Positions 60,385 through 64,000 of a stretch of 64,000 nt of DNA are shown here, piece after piece. This stretch comes from an uncultured Porphyromonas sp. (GTDB taxonomy: Bacteria > Bacteroidota > Bacteroidia > Bacteroidales > Porphyromonadaceae), in NCBI RefSeq assembly GCF_900539765.1, contig NZ_UQDF01000002.1; one strand, 5' to 3'. Positions within the stretch are counted from its first letter, which is position 1. The number at the start of each line of letters is the position of its first letter. The position numbers were made by a program, and so were the translations under genes. The notes under the pieces are model-generated. The model was not told the DNA's origin. It saw only the letters and a program-made list of their open reading frames with translations, and did not search any database.

Positions 60385-60545
60385 TGTCCGTTGCCGAACC
60401 ATCCAACGTGTAACGGGTGTAGGGACGCACGATCTGTGCGTCCGTTGTGTCAAAGCGAGATTGCGTCAAGTTTTGTATTCGTCCTGGCTGGTTCGAGAAC
60501 GGACGCACGAGCCGTGCGTCCCTACAACCGTTACACGTCTCACGA
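60385..60545. repeat. GCGTCC/GGACGC hairpin-pair repeat (family 3), locus B
   Basis: acgtgtaacgggtgtagggacgcacgatctgtgcgtccgttgtgtcaaagcgagattgcgtcaag..gaacggacgcacgagccgtgcgtccctacaaccgttacacgt. The two ~40-bp arms are inverted copies and each arm is itself a hairpin. Confidence 0.5.
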
Positions 60546-60559
60546 GGAAATCGGAAAGC

Positions 60560-60735
60560 TCCAGGGAGGAAACGGAATTTCCCCACGGAGGACCGAAATA
60601 AAAGTTCGGAAGAATGAAATGAAACTTCGGAAGAATGAAATCGAAGTTCCGAAGAATTTTTGCCTCCGTGGAGAGTCTCGCTTTCTTCCGTGGAGACTGT
60701 TGACTTTTGCAAGAGTCTCCCGTGGACAATTCTGA
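60560..60735 (+). repeat. CACGTG-box composite element, copy 4 (diverged: CCACGG/CCGTGG boxes, triple central unit)
   Basis: ..ccccacggagg..aaagttcggaagaatgaaatgaaacttcggaagaatgaaatcgaagttccgaagaat..cctccgtggagag..ttccgtggagactg..cccgtggac. Same architecture as copies 1-3 but with the G of CACGTG lost in the boxes and cggaAgaa instead of cggaGgaa. Confidence 0.55.
60692..60721. repeat. GGAGACT-N15-AGTCTCCC conserved-loop hairpin (right copy, inverted relative to 59660)
   Basis: ggagactgttgacttttgcaagagtctccc is nested between two CCGTGG boxes of element copy 4. The loop is the reverse complement of the 59660 loop. Confidence 0.6.
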
Positions 60736-60896
60736 TTTTCCTCGAGCTGTGGGGAGTTGATTTGCGGACAGGGTATAGGTACTTTCAGGCTATGGCAAAC
60801 AAAATGAGCGTGCTGACTGTACTTAGTCAACACGCTCACGGTTGGGGTGTAGTGTGAGGGGCGATGGGCCACTACACTATTCCTTATAACGAGTGC

Positions 60897-62396
60897 TTAC
60901 TCAAAGGGGAAGGTCTTGATGAGCTCCTCTGCCTTGTTCATCTGCTCGTACATGACGACGTCATCCTCGACGCGAGGACATACCTTGCGGAAACTAGCGA
61001 GGAAGCCCTCGAGACGCTCCGAGGTCTTCATAGGACGACGGAATTCGATCGCCTGAGCTGCATTGAGTAGCTCGATCCCGAAGAGACGATAGAGGTTCGC
61101 GATGAGTGGCATAAGCTTGGTTGCCGCGTTGGCACCCATAGAGACGTGATCCTCCTGCCCATTGCTGGAGACGATGCTATCGCTAGCTGCTGAGTGGCAG
61201 TACATCTTATTTTGGCTGACCATAGCGGCAGCAGCATACTGCGGGATCATGAAGCCACTGTTGAGTCCAGGGTTGGCAACGAGGAACTCAGGCAGGTCGC
61301 GTAGACCAAGGATGAGCTGAGCGACACGACGCTCTGAGATATTGCCTAGCTCAGCGAGTGCTATAGCGAGGAAGTCGTAGACGATCGCTAGAGGCTGGCC
61401 ATGGAAGTTACCACCTGATACGACCATATCGTCATCGGGGAAGACGGTGGGATTGTCCGTAACAGAGTTGATCTCAGTCTCTACTACACTGCGCACGTAA
61501 GCGATAGCGTCACGCGAAGCTCCGTGAACCTGTGGCACACAGCGGAAGCTGTATGGGTCCTGTACCTGGGGCTTGGGCTTAGCAATCATCTCGCTGCCCT
61601 TGAGTAGCTCACGCATATGGGCTGCGACCTGTATCTGTCCCTGGTGTGGACGTATCTGATGCAGACGATCATCGTAGGGAGCGTCTAGTCCAGCGAACGC
61701 CTCTAGTGAGAGTGCTGCGCACCAGTCAGCGGCTAGCTTGAGGCGCTCTGCCTGTATGAGGGCATAGACACCATGTGAACTCATAAACTGAGTACCATTG
61801 AGCAGGGCTAGACCCTCTTTGCTCTTGAGCTTGATGGGCTCCCAGCCAAACTTAGCGAGGACCTCGCAGGAGGGAAGCTTTTCACCCTTGTAGCGTACCT
61901 CGCCGTAACCGATGAGCGGTAGGAAGAGGTTAGCTAGAGGAGCTAAGTCACCTGAAGCACCTAGCGAACCGCGGTCATAGACGATGGGTAGGACATCCGC
62001 ATTGAGCATATCAACGATGCGCTGTACGGTCTCTACCTGTACACCACTATTGCCGATCTGCAGGGCATGAGCCTTTAGAAGGAGCATAAGGCGAACGATG
62101 GGCTCTGCGACCTCGTCACCACAGCTACAAGCGTGGCTCTTGACAATGTTTTCCTGAAGCTTGGTGAGCTGATCAGGAGAGATGGTGCGGTTGCAGAGTG
62201 AGCCAAAGCCCGTGGTAACACCGTAGATAGGCTTGTCGACCTCCTCGACCTTGCGGTCTAGGTAGTTACGACAATGCTCGATACGCTTGACAGCCTCTGG
62301 TGAGAGGGTTAGCTCGAAGTGGTTTTCTAGATACTCTCGGCATAGCTCGATGGTGAGCTGCTCGCTACCGATGGCGAATGATTTGCGTGCTGACAT
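60897..62396 (-). CDS. hutH: histidine ammonia-lyase
   Basis: MIO-forming ..GSLGASGDLAPL.. motif and aromatic ammonia-lyase family along the full length. 499 aa. Confidence 0.9.
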   Translation of the reverse strand: MSARKSFAIGSEQLTIELCREYLENHFELTLSPEAVKRIEHCRNYLDRKVEEVDKPIYGVTTGFGSLCNRTISPDQLTKLQENIVKSHACSCGDEVAEPIVRLMLLLKAHALQIGNSGVQVETVQRIVDMLNADVLPIVYDRGSLGASGDLAPLANLFLPLIGYGEVRYKGEKLPSCEVLAKFGWEPIKLKSKEGLALLNGTQFMSSHGVYALIQAERLKLAADWCAALSLEAFAGLDAPYDDRLHQIRPHQGQIQVAAHMRELLKGSEMIAKPKPQVQDPYSFRCVPQVHGASRDAIAYVRSVVETEINSVTDNPTVFPDDDMVVSGGNFHGQPLAIVYDFLAIALAELGNISERRVAQLILGLRDLPEFLVANPGLNSGFMIPQYAAAAMVSQNKMYCHSAASDSIVSSNGQEDHVSMGANAATKLMPLIANLYRLFGIELLNAAQAIEFRRPMKTSERLEGFLASFRKVCPRVEDDVVMYEQMNKAEELIKTFPFE

Positions 62397-62402
62397 GTTT
62401 CT

Positions 62403-63038
62403 TTATTTGCAAGCTTCCTTAGTATACTCTATGACCTTCGCCTCACGCTCGATCACCTCACGCTCGAGACGATCAGCCTCTGCGGTCATATCTGCGACGA
62501 ACTGCTCGTCCTTGATGGAGGTTAGGTTGATGCGAACGTTAAAGAGTGCACCGATGATCGCATTGCGTGCTGACATCATAGCGACACAGCCATCGGTGAC
62601 GGCGTTTTGGTTACCATTGGAGACAACCTCCTCGATATCGCTGAGCAGGCTGTAGACACGGCGAGCCACCTCCATAGGTACGTTGGCGGCAATCTTGGTG
62701 GCCTCCTGGATCTGCGCAGAGCGTGCAGCCTTCTGCTCGTCAGTCTCTTTGGGCATTTGGAAAGCTGCAAAGACAACGTTGTAAGCCTCGCTATCACGAT
62801 CTACATCGAGGATCAACTGCTGACGAATCTCCTGCACACGCTCGACGAGTTGCTTCATCTGCTCCTCGACCTCGGCATACTTCTTCTTGCCAATGGTGAG
62901 TCCTGCGACCATCTCCGTGAGAGCGGCTGCGATGGAACCACTGAGTGCTGAGATGCTACCACCTCCAGGTACAGGATCCTTGCCTGCGGTGACGTCAAGA
63001 AGTCCCTTGACAGTCAAATCTGTTAGACTATTATTCAT
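62403..63038 (-). CDS. formimidoyltetrahydrofolate cyclodeaminase-domain protein (FTCD C-terminal domain / methenyl-THF cyclohydrolase-like)
   Basis: ..PVPGGGSISALSGSIAAALTEMVAGLT.. cyclodeaminase signature. 211 aa. Sits between hutI and hutH. Confidence 0.7.
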   Translation of the reverse strand: MNNSLTDLTVKGLLDVTAGKDPVPGGGSISALSGSIAAALTEMVAGLTIGKKKYAEVEEQMKQLVERVQEIRQQLILDVDRDSEAYNVVFAAFQMPKETDEQKAARSAQIQEATKIAANVPMEVARRVYSLLSDIEEVVSNGNQNAVTDGCVAMMSARNAIIGALFNVRINLTSIKDEQFVADMTAEADRLEREVIEREAKVIEYTKEACK

Positions 63039-63098
63039 AGGATGATTGGGATTGTTTGTTAGTTAATTAGCTGGGGTGCGACTAACCTTGCTAGAACG

Positions 63099-64000
63099 CT
63101 AGACGCTGGGGGCGGGTGTCACGAGTTTGTTTTCGTAAACGGTACCCGCCTTAATGGTTGCTCGTACGAGGTTGACACCAAAGTGATAGGAGAGGAACTT
63201 GTACGAGGGGAAGCGTAGGAGCGCTAGGTCACCCGCCTTGCCTACCTCGATGCTACCTATCTGATCAGCACGACCGATGGCAGCAGCGCCATTGAGCGTG
63301 AGTGCGGTGACAGCCTCCTCGACGGTCATACCCATATAAATAGTTGCTAGAGCAAACATGAGCGGGATGGAAGAGCTGAAGCAACTTCCTGGGTTAAGGT
63401 CGGAAGCAACGGCTACAGCACAACCTGCATCGATCATACGACGTGCTGGCGCGTACTCTTCGCCTAGGCTGAAGGCAGTACAGGGAAGGCAGGTAGCCAC
63501 CGTGTCGCTCTGAGCCAATGCTTGGATACCCTTGTCGGAGATCTGTAATAGGTGATCTGCAGAGAGACATCCTAGCTCGGCTGCTAGCTCAGCACCGCCG
63601 AAAGAGACGATCTCGTCGGCATGCATCTTAACCTTGAGTCCCAGCTCCTTAGCACGAGTCAAGAGGATGCGTGTCTGCTCATGGTCGAAGACTCCTTGCT
63701 CAGTAAAGATGTCGCAACACTCTGCCAAGCCTCGCTCTACGACTACTGGCATAACAGTGTCACAGAGGTAGTGGATGAAGTCTGTGGAGCGTCCCTTGTA
63801 CTCGGGCGGGGTGTCGTGCGCCCCCATAAAGGTGGGGTAAAGGTCTATCGGGTGCTGCTCCTGTAGCGTCCGAATGACCTCAAGCTGCTTGATCTCCGTG
63901 TCAAGCTCCATACCGTAGCCACTCTTAGCCTCGACGGTGGTGACACCCATAGATAGCATCGCATCTAGATGTGCAGAGGCTCGCTGGGTAAGTTCCTCAG
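63099..64000 (-). CDS. hutI: imidazolonepropionase, 5'-truncated by the window edge
   Basis: Amidohydrolase motifs (..HADE.., ..DLNPGS..). The reading frame stays open to position 64000, so the N-terminus lies outside the window. Confidence 0.8.
   Translation of the reverse strand, partial: EELTQRASAHLDAMLSMGVTTVEAKSGYGMELDTEIKQLEVIRTLQEQHPIDLYPTFMGAHDTPPEYKGRSTDFIHYLCDTVMPVVVERGLAECCDIFTEQGVFDHEQTRILLTRAKELGLKVKMHADEIVSFGGAELAAELGCLSADHLLQISDKGIQALAQSDTVATCLPCTAFSLGEEYAPARRMIDAGCAVAVASDLNPGSCFSSSIPLMFALATIYMGMTVEEAVTALTLNGAAAIGRADQIGSIEVGKAGDLALLRFPSYKFLSYHFGVNLVRATIKAGTVYENKLVTPAPSV

Noticed and set aside
1-64000. tRNA, rRNA or tmRNA genes and integrase or transposase genes that could mark an island boundary
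   Set aside because: A scan by eye for T-loop GGTTCGAATCC/GTTCGAGTC contexts with acceptor stems, and for integrase or transposase motifs, found nothing convincing. The only GGTTCGAG (60461-60500) sits inside a family-3 hairpin without tRNA cloverleaf partners. A tRNAscan-SE/Infernal run would be needed to exclude them firmly.

Overview
This is a 64-kb chromosomal window from a Bacteroidota genome, most plausibly a Porphyromonas-like asaccharolytic anaerobe. The evidence for that placement is gene content: a T9SS C-terminal sorting-domain protein, an oorDABC-type 2-oxoacid:ferredoxin oxidoreductase, gdhA, hut genes, a 4-hydroxybutyrate dehydrogenase plus CoA-transferase pair, and TAnnTTTG-type -7 promoter boxes. 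I call about 50 protein genes, mostly housekeeping: thrS-infC-rpmI-rplT, purB, asnS, truA, topA, pgm, pgk, ppk-ppx, ugd, and fabH-era-der-ispD-recG. I did not recognise any rRNA, tRNA or CRISPR array.

The unusual content is intergenic, and this repeat set is my best candidate for the undescribed system the prompt asks for, with candidates 5 and 6 as alternatives:
1. Four copies of a composite palindromic element of about 170 bp. Each is built from 6-7 CCACGTGG boxes at roughly 22-bp spacing around a central tandem duplication. Copies sit at about 5.6, 21.3, 40.2 and 60.6 kb, mostly directly upstream of gene starts.
2. A second family of paired GCGTCC/GGACGC hairpin repeats at five or more loci.
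3. A 31-bp hairpin with a conserved loop (GGGAGACT-N15-AGTCTCCC) at 3-4 loci. Two copies in inverted orientation bracket a 1.06-kb gene-free segment.
4. Degenerate (RNTTAGA)n heptamer arrays at three loci, two of them abutting the CACGTG elements.
5. A lower-GC islet at 56.9-59.5 kb carries a frameshifted LRR gene and two orphan proteins, one of which has an internal duplicated 35-aa module. It lies next to a 1.4-kb repeat-dense gene-free region.
6. A Cof-type HAD hydrolase fused to a PaaI-type thioesterase sits in an apparent operon with a 1003-aa TPR lipoprotein, a beta-barrel-like protein and peptidase T.

Start coordinates were refined by offset inside the supplied ORFs where an obvious N-terminal homology start exists. 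Repeat coordinates are hand-counted and good to a few bp.
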